Origin: Chromera velia
Lineage: Eukaryota
Direction of reading: 5' to 3'
Assembly (NCBI GenBank): GCA_018398765.1
Contig: JAHBMJ010000450.1
Span: 1-47,567, forward strand
DNA length: 47,567 bases
Shown here: in pieces, positions 35,277 through 47,567 of the stretch
How the letters are laid out: every line of letters begins with the position of its first letter
How positions within the stretch are numbered: the first letter of the stretch is position 1
The notes under the pieces: model-generated
The model's input: only the letters and a program-made list of their open reading frames with translations
Database searches by the model: none
What the model was told of the DNA's origin: nothing
Position numbers and translations under genes: made by a program

Positions 35277-37100
35277 TCCGGCGACATCAAGCCCTGAAGA
35301 CCCTTGAACCTCTACAAGCACTCACCAGCACCAACCCCTCTAAGTAGACCTTAACACTATTATAAACTATTATAAAAGACAAAAATTTATGGTTTCATAT
35401 ATTGAAATTAAAAAAATGAATTATACCCTAATCTAAACTATAGTGTCAACGTATATATTAAACTCTTTGTGGTTGATATCAACTGAGGGTTGCGTTTTTC
35501 TTTTAATTTTTTTTTTAATTTTTCTACGTTTTAGCATGTAAGTTCAGTGTCTATAATCAAACTTTATTCACAATTCGACCTTTCCAATCATCTCCATATC
35601 CGTCCACAAAGAAATCAAAATAAATAAACAGTTTCTCATGGCCCCAGACTAAACCCATAGAGACATATGGATTCATGCACAGCTATGCATCAATGAGATG
35701 TGAAACATGCACAGTCTCTCCCGCACTTGAACGTTCTTATGCGATGATAGGAATGGCATCCAGGCGATCCAATGAGATCCGTTGCTGCCTGTACATTAAA
35801 GACAAAAAAGTGAGAGACTTGCATGCGTGTATGTTTTTCCGTTTCGTGATTCTTTTTCTACCCCTCGGCGTTCCCATCTGCATGATGTCTTTCTTTCTGG
35901 GTTTTCTTCTTCCATCGATCGAAAGAAAAAGAAAACATCTATTTCAATGGCAGGCATCCAGACTCCCAGAAGGTGCTCCGGGTCTGTCGTAGTTTTCTGT
36001 CTGAGGAGAGAGAGAGGGGGGGGGGCGGGGGAGGGAGAGATTCCAGAGATCAAAATTCCGCAACAACATTCACCCTGTCACCTGAGTGACAGAAGCTTGC
36101 ACCCCTTTCCGCTCGCCGAACCTTTCATTGGAATGCTCCCCTCCCCCCCCCCCAAAGAATAGGAGTTGATGTTGTCGCTGACACACAGCAACTTGAGGGA
36201 AGTACGGTTCCACTACATGGACCTGTGTCTCGATGCATCTCCCCCACATGGTCAGCTTCACAGATCTGAACCCTGAAGGGGGACAGTCATTTCTTGTGCT
36301 TTCGTCGGTTTCTTTGTGAACAAAAAGTCGAATAATTGTTTGTTGGGTGTCCGCATCATTTAAATTGAGTCATGATTGAGAGTAGTGCAAAAGCAAACAA
36401 AACGAGCGTTCTCCGAGTGCTCCATCATGTTCTCACTCACGTGAGTCGAGTCGAAAATCAATGATCGAAAAATGATGATCACCAAATCAAACAATCACTC
36501 AGTGAATCCACCATTCAATTCTGTGTGTATTCCCCCAGCATGCAGCCATCTGATTTTTCATCGCGCGTGCACACTTCACTGCAAAGTTTTGATCCCCGTT
36601 TCGTTTCCCTTCCCTTTCCCGTTCCCTTTCCCTCTCTCCCGGTCTCTCATGCCCTCACGTGCACAGGCTTTTTCGTTTTTCAAAAAGACAAAAGGCAGAC
36701 ACCAGACAGTCAACTTGCCTGGCAATGCGGGATTGTTTGTTGAACATCTCGCAGCTCCGGCTCATTTCTCTCGCCGAGGCGTTGTCAATCGATTGGTCAT
36801 GCAAATCAATACTGTCAGTTTTCTCTTCTCTGTCATAAAGCGGAATGAGACGAAGCGAGGCAAGGCAAGACGAGGACCAGCCAAGAACGAAAGGACCGAC
36901 CAGACTGACTTACAGTTATTCTGGTGCAGGACTAAAACACAAACAGTCACAGCATGGGTAGCTGGACGAAGGAGGAATCGAAATGCCCTTCGTTCCTCGA
37001 AAAACTTTTTATCTATTCCCTCTATTCCCACTTCTTACAAAGTTGACTGCCGCCCCACTCTCCTAGCTGCCTCCCCACCCCCCACACCCCACTTTTGATT

Positions 37101-40100
37101 TCAGAAGTCCGCAGTCCAATCCTGCAAGCAATGAAGGGAGAGCAGAAAGTCACACATGGGACGAGGAATGCTGTCTGTACGTTTGCTTATGCTTTCTCCC
37201 CTCTTGTCTGGCTCTTCGTGAGGAAATTAATGATGTGTTGACATATGCATCCACTGAAATGCATCAGGACACAGTCACTCTGGGTACTTGGAAGCGCATA
37301 ACAGGCACAGTGAATTATCAAACGATGGCGGCGCATGTGATCAAGGTATGACACAGAACTCCAAACTGAAGCCTTCGTTGACAGTGGGCACCGGCTTTTA
37401 CTGCAGCGACTTCAATTGGGGAACAACGACAACGTTCTGAATAATTCAGGAAGAAAGTTCAAATGGTTCTGGTTCTATCTGTCAGTCTCCGCATTCATTT
37501 CATAGATCCGCATTTATATCCACGGTTTCGCTAGTTGATGCCTGACTTTTCTTCGTTGTAGACTTGGGCTCAATTGACTCTAGTTTAGTTTCCTTTCCTT
37601 TCCTTTCCTGTGCTGCTGCCGCACTGTCTGACTGACTGACGGACTGACTGACATCTTCTGGAGCCCTCAGTTCGGCAGCCTGCAGGTAGGCAGGGAAGAC
37701 GAAAGAGGAAAATGGAAAGATAAAGGAACGCCGCAATTTGTTCTTTCTTTGTTGCAGATGGAGTATGACGGGAACATCGGCACAGCTCAGACTATGTATG
37801 CTCTCCTCGCTTCGGCCTGGGATTCTCAGCTTCCCTTCTCTCTCCCTCTCCTTTTTTCTCTTTTTCCTTCCCTTTCTCCCTAGCTCCTTCTCTCCGTCTC
37901 TCGGTCTTTTCCTTCTTACTTTCTGTTTGATGTGTCTGCTTGCCTCTCTGCCTGTCTTGATTTCTTCGCGTGTTAGTAGAAGATCTACGTTTCACCCCCT
38001 CCCAACCCTCTCTGTTTCCCGATCTCTCTTGCAAGGATCGATTGTCTGACTGACTGACTGACCCTCTTGAGGTCCTGCATGATCTGTCCCTTGGAGGCGA
38101 TCCTGGGCTCTCCCTGTCCCTTTGCCGTCTCATCCACTGACGGCACGAAGGGGGGGGAGATGGACCTCGAGAGGATCGCCTGCCAGTTCACAGGCCTGCA
38201 GGCGCAAAGCGAGAGAGAGAGAGAAAGACCGACGAAAAATAGACGGCAATACAAAGGCCAAGCGGCAATGGAAAGACGGAAAAAAGAAGCCCGCGCCGCT
38301 AAACGAAAACACGCACACATTTGAAACAAAGAGAAAAACTCCGCTCTGCTAGATGACATAAAAACGCGGCAAGATTGCAACATATCAAGAGAACTTTAAG
38401 ACGAAAGATTCATTTCTGCGTTGACAAACTCGGTCTTTCCTCGGTGGTACAATCAGCTCAGCAAACTTGCTGAGTCGCTTACTCCTTCCCTTACTCCTAC
38501 CCTCCATCTCTCACTCCCTTTCTCACTCATTGCCTCCTCCCTGACTCCTTCACTCCCTCTCTCTTGCTCCCTCCTTCATTTCGTAACTCCCTCCTCACTC
38601 ACTCACTCATTCACTCCCTCACTCACTCAAAGAAAGGCTGCGCCTTGACTTCCTCCGCGCTGTTCAGTCGCACAGCGGGACTCTTTTCCAGAAGTCTGCA
38701 TGCACGAATCCAGCAGAAGGGACGGGCACATCCAGGAGGTGAGAGAGGAACAAGCTTTTTGAACACACAGAACAAGTGCGCTTCCAATGCCAAAGTGAGG
38801 AGAGTCGAACTCGTTGAGAGAAGCGGGAAGCAACAAAGAAAAGGGAAAGATTGCTGCTTCAATGAGAGAAGTTGAACAGAAATCCTTGTCTATCCTGAGG
38901 AGGCCCTCAAAGCTGGTCAGGAAAAAATGAGAGAAGAAAAACAAAGAGCAGAGCAGCGCCTCGACACTTTGAGAATACGAAGAGAAACTGGGACACCCGA
39001 CAGAACGTTCTGCAAGCACACAGAAGACATCCATTTGAACGACTACTTGGCACGTAAAATGCCCTCTACCTGCCTGCCTTCCTGCCTGCCTGCCTGCTCA
39101 CCTGGACATGACTGCTTTGGCAGGCTCATCCAGGACATGCGCAGGAAAATCGAGTGGTTTGTAGAGAATTTCCTTGAACAGATCCAAGTGCCCCTCGCAT
39201 TTGTATCCGAAGGGGAGGGGCCCACACACAAACTCGTAGATGCACACCCCGAGGGCCCACCAGTCGACACCCTTACCGTACCCCTTTCCCATGATCACCT
39301 GCGGGCGTCAGAGAAAACGCACACACAGAAGAGCCCGTCAAAGTTGAACGACAAGAGATTGAGGTCGGTACCTCTCTTCTTTTAAGAGACTTCTCAAGAG
39401 TTCTGGTTGTATGCGAAGGAGTGCAGTTTGCGAAAGTAGTTTTGTCTTACTGAAAAAAAGGCGTTGCCTGTCTCCATGCTATGATATCTCTGTTCCGGAT
39501 CGTAAGTTTCTTTTGCAGCTGTCCGCCTTTCTCAATTCGGCAATTATTAATAGCTCAATTATTTCTGCGTACCTCCGGAGCCAGGTATTCTGGTGTTCCG
39601 ACAAGAGTGTACGTTCGTGCCGTTCGCTTGCAGGTTCCGAAATCTGCAGACAACCCAGAGTCACCCTCTTTGCCAAAGGAAGCAATCGCACCGACACAGA
39701 ACAGACGTTCAAGAGAAGGATGGATGCACGAAAGTATTGCTCGAGAAGAGTAGGCACAGAAAAAGACATGACATGCAGAATCTCAATTGGAGGGCCACGA
39801 CGTGAAAACAGCAAAGCAACGCTCCCTTTCCACACACTTCGCTTGGCAATTCGCTTCGCTGACTGACTGATTCACTGACTGACTGACTGACCGACTAGTT
39901 TGACGAATCCCTCCCCATCCAGCATCACATTCTCGGGTTTCAGATCCTGCACACAGACAGCCGTGCAGCATCACAGTGAAGAGGGAAAGGGACGTCGGTA
40001 GACGCGCATGATTGCATGACAGGATGGCGGCATAGACAAATTGAAGCAAAATAATGCTTCCAAAGACCAGTCGCAGATGAGACCAACAGCGCAACATCAA

Positions 40101-42654
40101 AGAATAATTTTGTGCCGACAATCCGAACCGCTCAGGCACTGCACAGCCGATCATGTGAAATGAAAGTCCGAGACCTGTTCCAGACCATGCCTGCAAGCTT
40201 CTTCTGACTTCTGTTTCTTGAGGCTCTGCTGCAACGAGGCGACCCGTGAGCAGCGCAAATCCTTCACGAACAGGAAGAAAGCGAAGGAGGGAGCCCTTCC
40301 GACCTACCCTGTACAGATACCCGCTGTCATGGATGTACTCGAGACCCAGAGCCTGCAGGTGAGAGAGACAAGAAACACAGTCACACAAGTAGGCAATCCT
40401 CTCGGCAAGCTGTCCTCCTTCCCTCTGCATGATCTTGCGTGTTGTTTGTGAAGACGAAGAAGAGTGTGTGTGAGTGGCCAACACGCAGAAACGAAAGCAC
40501 AACCAACTCCAAAAAGAACATGGGGCAACGCGGCCATAAGCTGAAGTAAAGGCAACGTTTCTCTGTGCCTGGTGAATTTCGAATGGGGGGCAAAGCAGGA
40601 ACGAGCCAGGAATATGACCAATAGCGGATTCATTTCGAATTCTCACACTCACACTCACCCTCACACTCACACACAAACACAAACACTCTGGTAAAAAGAA
40701 AGAGTCAGAGCTGCCTGTCCCCGGGAAGAAACTCAAAACAACCTACAGGACGTCAATCAAATGCGGTGAAACAGTCGATGAGTCGAGAGAGGAGGGAAAC
40801 AACAACAAAGAAAACTGGAGGAAGAGTCAGGACCAACAATGGAGGCGGCAAAGAACCGCGACTGTTCCCCCGTTAAGTGTCCGATTTCCCGAATCGCCGA
40901 GAACAAATCTCCACCTTGGAGAAGTTCGGAGACGAAAAAGAGAAAATGCGCACCCCTCACTGTTGCCACCCCCGTCAACACACACGGATGCCAATTTTCC
41001 ATCAGGCGGTCACGTTCCAACAGCACCGCCTTCCTCGCTCCTCGATCCAGACCCTGTCTCTGTATTGTCTTTAGTGCCAACTGCACGCAGCAACGTTACA
41101 TTTCATTTCATTTGTTCTTCAAGAGGGAGGATCACCTTTCTTGTCCGTGCTAGCAATAGCCGCAGTGCATCCTTCACCCGTTGGAGGTCCTTCAGCCGAC
41201 CAGTCACCCGACCAAACGACCCATCAAACCACACTCAAACTGAAACTTGGTGAACCTTCACACATTACCGCGTCTGCACTCCGTTGTTAAACGCACTCAA
41301 TGCCCGACTTTTTCGTTCACATGAACATGCATGCACCTTCTCTTCCTGTCTGTCTTCCCTCTCTCCGTGCCTGCCTCCTTTCTTTCTCTCGCCAAGTACT
41401 CAGACGGTCTACACTCCCAGAGGGAGACCCAAGTGAATCAGTAGAAGAGCAAAAATATTTAATTCACGCCACTTGCCTGCATTTGCGATTTGCCCGTCTG
41501 GCTTTTGGAGGCCTCTGCTTTGCTCTTCACAGAGAAAACAGCCCCGTAGGAGCCCTCCCCGAGTTTGTTGTTGATCGCTAGGTCCTCCACCTTCAGGTCC
41601 TGAAGCTCTGTCCTCTCTCTGAACAGACTGTCTAGACCACTCAGCACCTCCTGAAGGCAGACAGACAGACAGACAGAGGAGGACAGGTGTGTGTCTCGAC
41701 TAAAGAGAAGACATGCAGAAACCCTGATTGACTGATTGACCTGAATATGGCTTCAACACGATGAAAACATGACGGCAGGCAATTGAAGCGGAAAAGCAAA
41801 GGCGGACAAGCAGACGCAGAGAGAGCGACCGACAAAAAGACAAATAAACACACACCGGAGCATGCCAAAATGCAAGCAAAGAAGCAAGCAACCAAGCCGA
41901 GTAATACAGACCAATCTCCCCTCAACCAACCTCAAAGTCCCTGTAGCCGAGCACCAGACACTGCAGAGAGGGAGGGAGGCAACAAAAAACATCTGTAGGC
42001 AGAGAAACCAATGGAACGATGTGCAGATGCGAAACAGTGAGAAGAAGAGAGAGCGATCTGCAAGAAGAAGACAGCAGCAGTCTTCAAGAAAAAGCAAGGA
42101 GCGACCAATGTCGCGTTGCGCCTTTTTCCCAGCAGCCACTCTCAACTGGCTTTGCCCCACATCACAGTTTACCGAGCAGCTGACCACTGTGTCTTCCTCC
42201 GCGGTGCAGGTCGCTGTGCGGAGTCTCGCGGTGTTCTTCTCCTGCAAACATGCAACCAAGGCCATGCGTACGCGCATACGCGTCCAGAAGAAGAACACAG
42301 ACACAGAAAACGAAGACTGGCAAAGATAACTCTTACTGCTCACACAAGAGAACAGAAGTGCAAGAGGACACCGACGAGGCCCGAAGAGAAGAAAATACAA
42401 ATTGCAGGACAGACTCGAGATGATGATGGATGCAGTGTCTGTGAAGGAAGAATGAGACTCTCCTCTGACCGACCTTGTTGAGCAACGGCCTCTCTCCGAA
42501 GTAATCAAACTTCCCCACGTATCTGAATTAAAGCAACACACACACACACACACACACACACAAAGTACACGCAAAGTGACCAGTTGGGGTATGCTGTAGT
42601 GGTTTCTCTACAGCCTCGTCTTCGGTCGATCACCTCTGTCACTGTTTCAAAGCC

Positions 42655-42695
<41 letters not shown>

Positions 42696-45600
42696 CTCTT
42701 CGCGAGGGAAGAAGGAGATGGAAGAAGTCAGCAAGATAGGAAGACGCTATAAAGCTAAGGGGCCAAACCTAAAATGCGGCACAGAAATTGAAAACGGAAC
42801 GGACCTTACATGCTTGCCTCCCTTGGACACCCTGACTCTGCCACTGTAAATGAAAAATAAGTCGTCTGCAACTTCGCCCTCCACCACGACGTTCTCCCCT
42901 TTCTGCAAAAAGAAAGAACAAAGGAAAACAAGCAATCAAGTAAGTACAAAGAAAGACAGCCCGTCAGGGATAAAGAAGAAAGACTCTCGAAGAAGAGTAA
43001 ACAGAACAGCGGGAAAGGACTGCATCCAACTGAAGCCAATCGGTCTCTCTCTGCCCTCCATTCACCAAATAGGAAGGAGGACACGCACCCGCCAGCTCAC
43101 CTCGTACTTTGCGTGAGCCACTTTCTCGACCATTTGAGTTCGCACCTGCAAAGATGATTCAAACGTTTTGTTTGTTTTTCTAAAAGGTTTCGGGGACTTT
43201 TATTTTGTGTGTGTCTTTTCAAAAGTCAGAAAATGCCGTTCCCTCTACAACGATGACCTGCAAGGATCAAACGAAAAGAAAAGGAAAGGAAACTTGATCT
43301 AGATGAGAACGATGGGAGAAAAGACGGGGGAATGGTCCTGAAAAGAAACGAATGAAAACAGATGACATTTTGAGCACATGATTGTTTCTTTATCTCTTCT
43401 TTTTCACGGGCGATCGATACGTAGAATACTAGAGATCCATCCTTCGAGTGAAGATCCATTCTTCACCTCATGTATGTGCGTACCTTTTTGATGATGGATG
43501 CGGACTTTTTGGTTCTCAAAAACAGAGGGAGACGGCTGAAGACCCTGTTCAACTGCACCGCTCTGACGACCTCGAGAAGTTTTTTCGGTTTCGGGTCGGG
43601 AAGGTCTTCTGTCATCACCCTGCAGGGAGGCAGGCAGGCAGGCAGGTCGTCCAGTAAGATCGAGTCATTTAAAGATTGCGTCAGAAAGAACAAAAGAGAG
43701 AGAGAGCAAAAGACACGGGGTAACTGACCAGGTTATTCAACGAAAGGCAGAGGAAGAAAGCGGCAAGCAGGAATGAACGGCTACGGGAAATTGGCGACCA
43801 AAGCAGAAAAGAGAGAAGCTCTAAGAACCCGGTGCAGTCCACTCAGCACACGGGAAAGATGAAATCAGTGGCCTCCTCTTGGCTGAAAACAAACACCCAA
43901 AAACAAAACGGAGGAGTCGAACAAACAGACGGACACACAGAGATGGCCGAATAAATTCAGGGGCGGACTCAATCAGTCGAGAGCTCTTCAAGACCGCCAC
44001 TTGCGCGCTCGTTGTGACGCGACACCCGTATGTCATGGGCTGCACCATGCAACATGCATGGGTTGGCATTGAGACACGTAGGTATAGAAGGTATAGAAGG
44101 AGAATTGACACTTGTACAGAGGGAGAAAGAGCAGGAATGACTGCCCCAACTTGCACAGCAGACCAAAGAAAGTGGAAGAGGGCAGTGATCGACTCTCGAA
44201 CAACAGGTAAGAGCGGGGGGGAAAATAAGAGAGCGTCCCAGAAGCCCAAATAGGGAAAATCATCTTGCACCTGGTGAAGTGAATTGCACTACGCAGCCGT
44301 CGAAACATGAGTGCCATAATACGCGAATCGACGAACCAGATCGCGAAGAAAAAACTCGGCCCCGTAAAGTTCCCCCGGCTCCATTTTCCTCTCACACCCC
44401 GTGTGTCCCCCCCTCCCTGAAGGTGACGGAAAACCACTTCCCGCTTTTCCTTTCACTTCCAATTCTTCCCCCTTCTCCTTCTTCTCCTCATCCTCCGGGG
44501 AAGAGGACGCGAGAGACGAGATGTCCGAAGTGTCCAATGCCCCCGCCGTCAATTGTTTCTGGAGTGCAATCAAGTTACCCATGCTCTTGCTGCGAGGACC
44601 GATACCCCCGCTGGGCCCCCCAGCCCCCGACTCCCCTTGCATGCGGAAGGAGGCTGCGAGCGGGTCCCCGTAGAGAAGCCGCGGAGTCTCCAGCGCCATT
44701 GTGGTCTGCAGGCAGTTTCGTTTTCAGGAAGGAAGAGGGGCAGGAATCACATGAAAAGACAGCAGCGAGAGAAGTCAAAGGAGGAGTGCTAACAGTCTAT
44801 TGACCGACAGGCTGTATGGCTTCTTTTTTTCTGCTGACGGACAAGCAGGCAGGCAGACACACAGGCAGCCAGCGAGGACACTAGAGTCAGTGAGGCAAAA
44901 AAAAGAGACACCAAGAAGGGCATGTAGGGACAGAGCCATCAATCAATCCAGGACTCACCCCTGGGTTGGGATTGTCCTCGTTGCTCTGTGCTCTGGAGAG
45001 TGGCAGGAGGTCCATGGAGAAACGGGTAGACCGTCGGAGCTGTTCGAAGCCCCCCGCAGGCATAGTCTTCATCAGTCCCTTCTGTTTCATCTCGTCCCTC
45101 CTTTGCCGCCCCCCCCTGGCTGATGAGGCCACCACAGACCCCACAGACTGCCTCCGTGCCCCTCCCCCGTCTCCATGAGGACCGGATGCTCCTGCAGCCT
45201 CTGACTGCTGAAGCGCCTCTAATACAAACGCTGGATGCATCGCTGGAAGGGTGGGTGCGTGAGGGGCATGCGCACCGACAGCCTCTGGTTGGTCTACCGC
45301 AGGGAGAGACACCCTCCGTCCCCTGTTGACTGCAGGAGGAGGGCCCTCCACTCCCACCAGCTCCCCCTCGCCCTCCATCAACAGTGCCATCGTTGGAGGG
45401 GCCCCGTTTTTGAAAATGTACTCTCCCGCACTCAGACTGCAGATCTCCCAGGCCTCTGCGATTGCACCCTGTTTGTGAGAGTCCATGAAATGCATCCAGT
45501 CAATGCCTGCACTTTCAACGACACTCTTCAACATTGCCCGACGGAACAGTTGAAACACTTTCGACTTTCCTTCGAGAACTTCTTTCTTGGAGATGACCAG

Positions 45601-47073
45601 ACATGTGGCCTTGTTTACAGCAAGAGCTGTAGAGGTCTGCAAGGTTTTGCTGGCAGGACTGCAGTTGCCCACAAACGCGCCTTCTGCCAGCACGGACTCC
45701 TTGGCACCGAGGACGGCGATTTTACCTGCACGCACGAACACGCGGGGGGGAAAGGGGTCCAATAGATTGAATGATCATAATGGTGGTCGTCCTTTGTGCC
45801 ATCATCATCATGATCATGATCATCATCGACCGTATGACCTTGCATCCGAACATTTAGCCTATTCGACATTTAGCCTATTCGAGCTTGACAGAGTCCTTTC
45901 CTCTTCTCTTACGCCTTTGCTTCCGCGGCTTTCTTCTCTCTAGCCCTTCTGATTCCAAGTCACCTTCCGAGCAAACTTTCGGTATGCGCACTTGCAGAAT
46001 TCCTGGTGATGTCACTTCTCGTGGACTATGCAAGACAGCAAAAGAAGGACAACAGGGCCTCCCTTCAGACTGTCAGGCTCCCTGTGCTCTTGGTCGACAA
46101 GTGAAATTCTTTCTTCTGCAACAACTTCCTTCCAAGACCGCCGCACGACGTGACCGACCGCTTGCCAGCAGCAACACCTCTGTTGCCACGTCACCCAAAA
46201 CGACGACTTCCTGTCTGGCCTTGAAACTCCGCCTCTCCATTTGCTGCATGAACCAAGGAAGGAAACACAAGAAGAACAAGAGATGCTTTTGCAGCCGGAG
46301 CTTTGTCAGGCGTTCGTTTGTGTGAATTCTGCAGAGGATAGAGCTTTATGAGAGAGAAACGCTTTTTGGTCCTGCATTGTCACGAAGTGGCCATGCCTCC
46401 TTACATGTTCGCTTTTCTTCCTTCGTTACAGAAGAATGTCTCTTGTCTCCTTGGTTGAAATGCTATGGATATGCAACGGATTAAGAGGGGGCTAAGAGGG
46501 CTGTCTGTCGCTTACCGAGAGCAACTGGGAGATTTGCTTCTCACTGACGGACTTCCCGATGACAGACCGAATCAACTCTGCATCCATTTAGTCAATCATT
46601 CATCCACTGAGTGATTCGAACTTTATTCTTTTTATTCTCGTTTCATTTTGACTCACAGACGGATGGATCCACCACATCGAAAAAGTATGACCAAAAATAG
46701 TTGACGTCATGAACACGTCTCGTCCTCTTTGGGCAAGATCTGCTTTGTGTCTTCTTCCCGTGGCAGCGTATCTTGAGTGTATGTTGTCCCTGGAAGAGTT
46801 CACCGACGACGTTCTTTTCCACAGCTTTCTTTTCTTAACAGCTTTTCCTGCTGAATACCGCTTGCTTCAACGTTTCTTCTGTTGAAATGCAGACCAAAGC
46901 CAAAATCAGTTCTTGAAAAGGGACCACCAGATGGACAAAACGAACAAAAACAAAAGGAATTCAATTAAATGAGCCAAATGATCAACCAGCCAACCGACCG
47001 ACCAACCAGTATCAGTCAATCTTCGATGGCTCGCGTTCTCTTTGTCTGCTCGTCTCAGGGCGTTTCGAAGAGC
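37101..47073 (-). CDS. PKG: cGMP-dependent protein kinase (apicomplexan-type PKG-like), ~22 exons seen, 5' end beyond the window
   Basis: At least three cNMP-binding domains, the last with DYFGERPLL...RTAT and ERTELQD. Kinase motifs LGEGSYGAV, LALK, VSELLQGGDLF, YRDLKPEN, DFGTCK, TYTLVGTPEYLAPE and GVDWWALG, then AGC tail PPFVP and a final 21-nt exon DWTADF* (37121-37101). Confidence 0.9.
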
Positions 47074-47451
47074 CTGCACGTACATTATTGAAATTGATTT
47101 CTCAGTTTGCCAAAACATTAAAAACTTTTCCGACAACTAATCCCTAACATTAAAAAGGCTCGATGAGGGAGCAGAAGAGACTGGGAGTCAAAGACAGACG
47201 AAAAACAGAAGAGAGTGCCGGTTTCACAAAGACGTAAGGCAGACAGGAAGCAAGGAACAAAGAAAGGATTGTGATGCTTACAAAAACAAAGATGTACAGA
47301 CAGAAAGAATCGAAAACAGATGAGAAGGTACACCAGGACATAGACAGGCACGAAGAAAAGGAAGAGAATTTCAAACGAAAACAGAGAACAATTGACAGGC
47401 AGACAGAGAGGCGGACAAAGAGGCCGGAAAGAGAAAGAGAGAGAGACAGCC

Positions 47452-47508
<57 letters not shown>

Positions 47509-47567
47509 CCGAAACACACACATACACGCACACGCAGAGGAACACGGAGAGAGAGAGAAGGGGGGGG

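Larger units (their letters stand above)
25796..35356 (+). mobile_element. Ty3/gypsy-type (chromovirus-like) LTR retroelement, apparently pol-less and non-autonomous
   Basis: TG...CA LTRs, 4-bp TSD CTAT (25792-25795, 35357-35360), PBS-like TGGTGATGCC at 26322, PPT AGAAAGGGGCGAA before the 3' LTR, gag with zinc knuckles. Confidence 0.93.
33306..35356 (+). repeat. 3' LTR, split by a hAT insertion (LTR parts 33306-33757 and 35277-35356)
   Basis: Matches the 5' LTR on both sides of the insert and ends CCTTAACA|CTAT. Confidence 0.95.

Noticed and set aside
35990..36280. Additional 3' PKG exon or small gene
   Set aside because: PKG already ends at DWTADF* (37101), and there is no recognisable protein motif here.
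45851..45882. 16-bp tandem duplication CATTTAGCCTATTCGA
   Set aside because: A local intronic duplication with no sign of function.

Overview
Intron-rich eukaryotic DNA, most likely an apicomplexan-related alveolate (inferred from an apicomplexan-type PKG and abundant TGCATGCA motifs). I reconstructed five spliced host genes by hand: a TMEM151-family membrane protein (-), a highly divergent beta-tubulin-like protein with long N- and C-terminal extensions (-), a secreted coiled-coil protein (+), a MARCH-like RING-CH membrane E3 ligase (-), and a divergent cGMP-dependent protein kinase whose 5' end lies beyond the window (-). AT-rich, TE-filled spacers separate them. These hold a decayed LINE, three non-autonomous hAT-type elements (8-bp TSDs) with internal cargo, MITEs, and a 9.56-kb Ty3/gypsy-type LTR element. 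That element has gag, protease and chromodomain remnants but no recognisable RT or integrase, and its LTRs contain a tRNA-derived Pol III unit. Paired repeats differ almost only by C/T and G/A transitions, suggesting repeat-directed cytosine hypermutation. Exon coordinates come from manual GT/AG and frame fitting, not transcript data.
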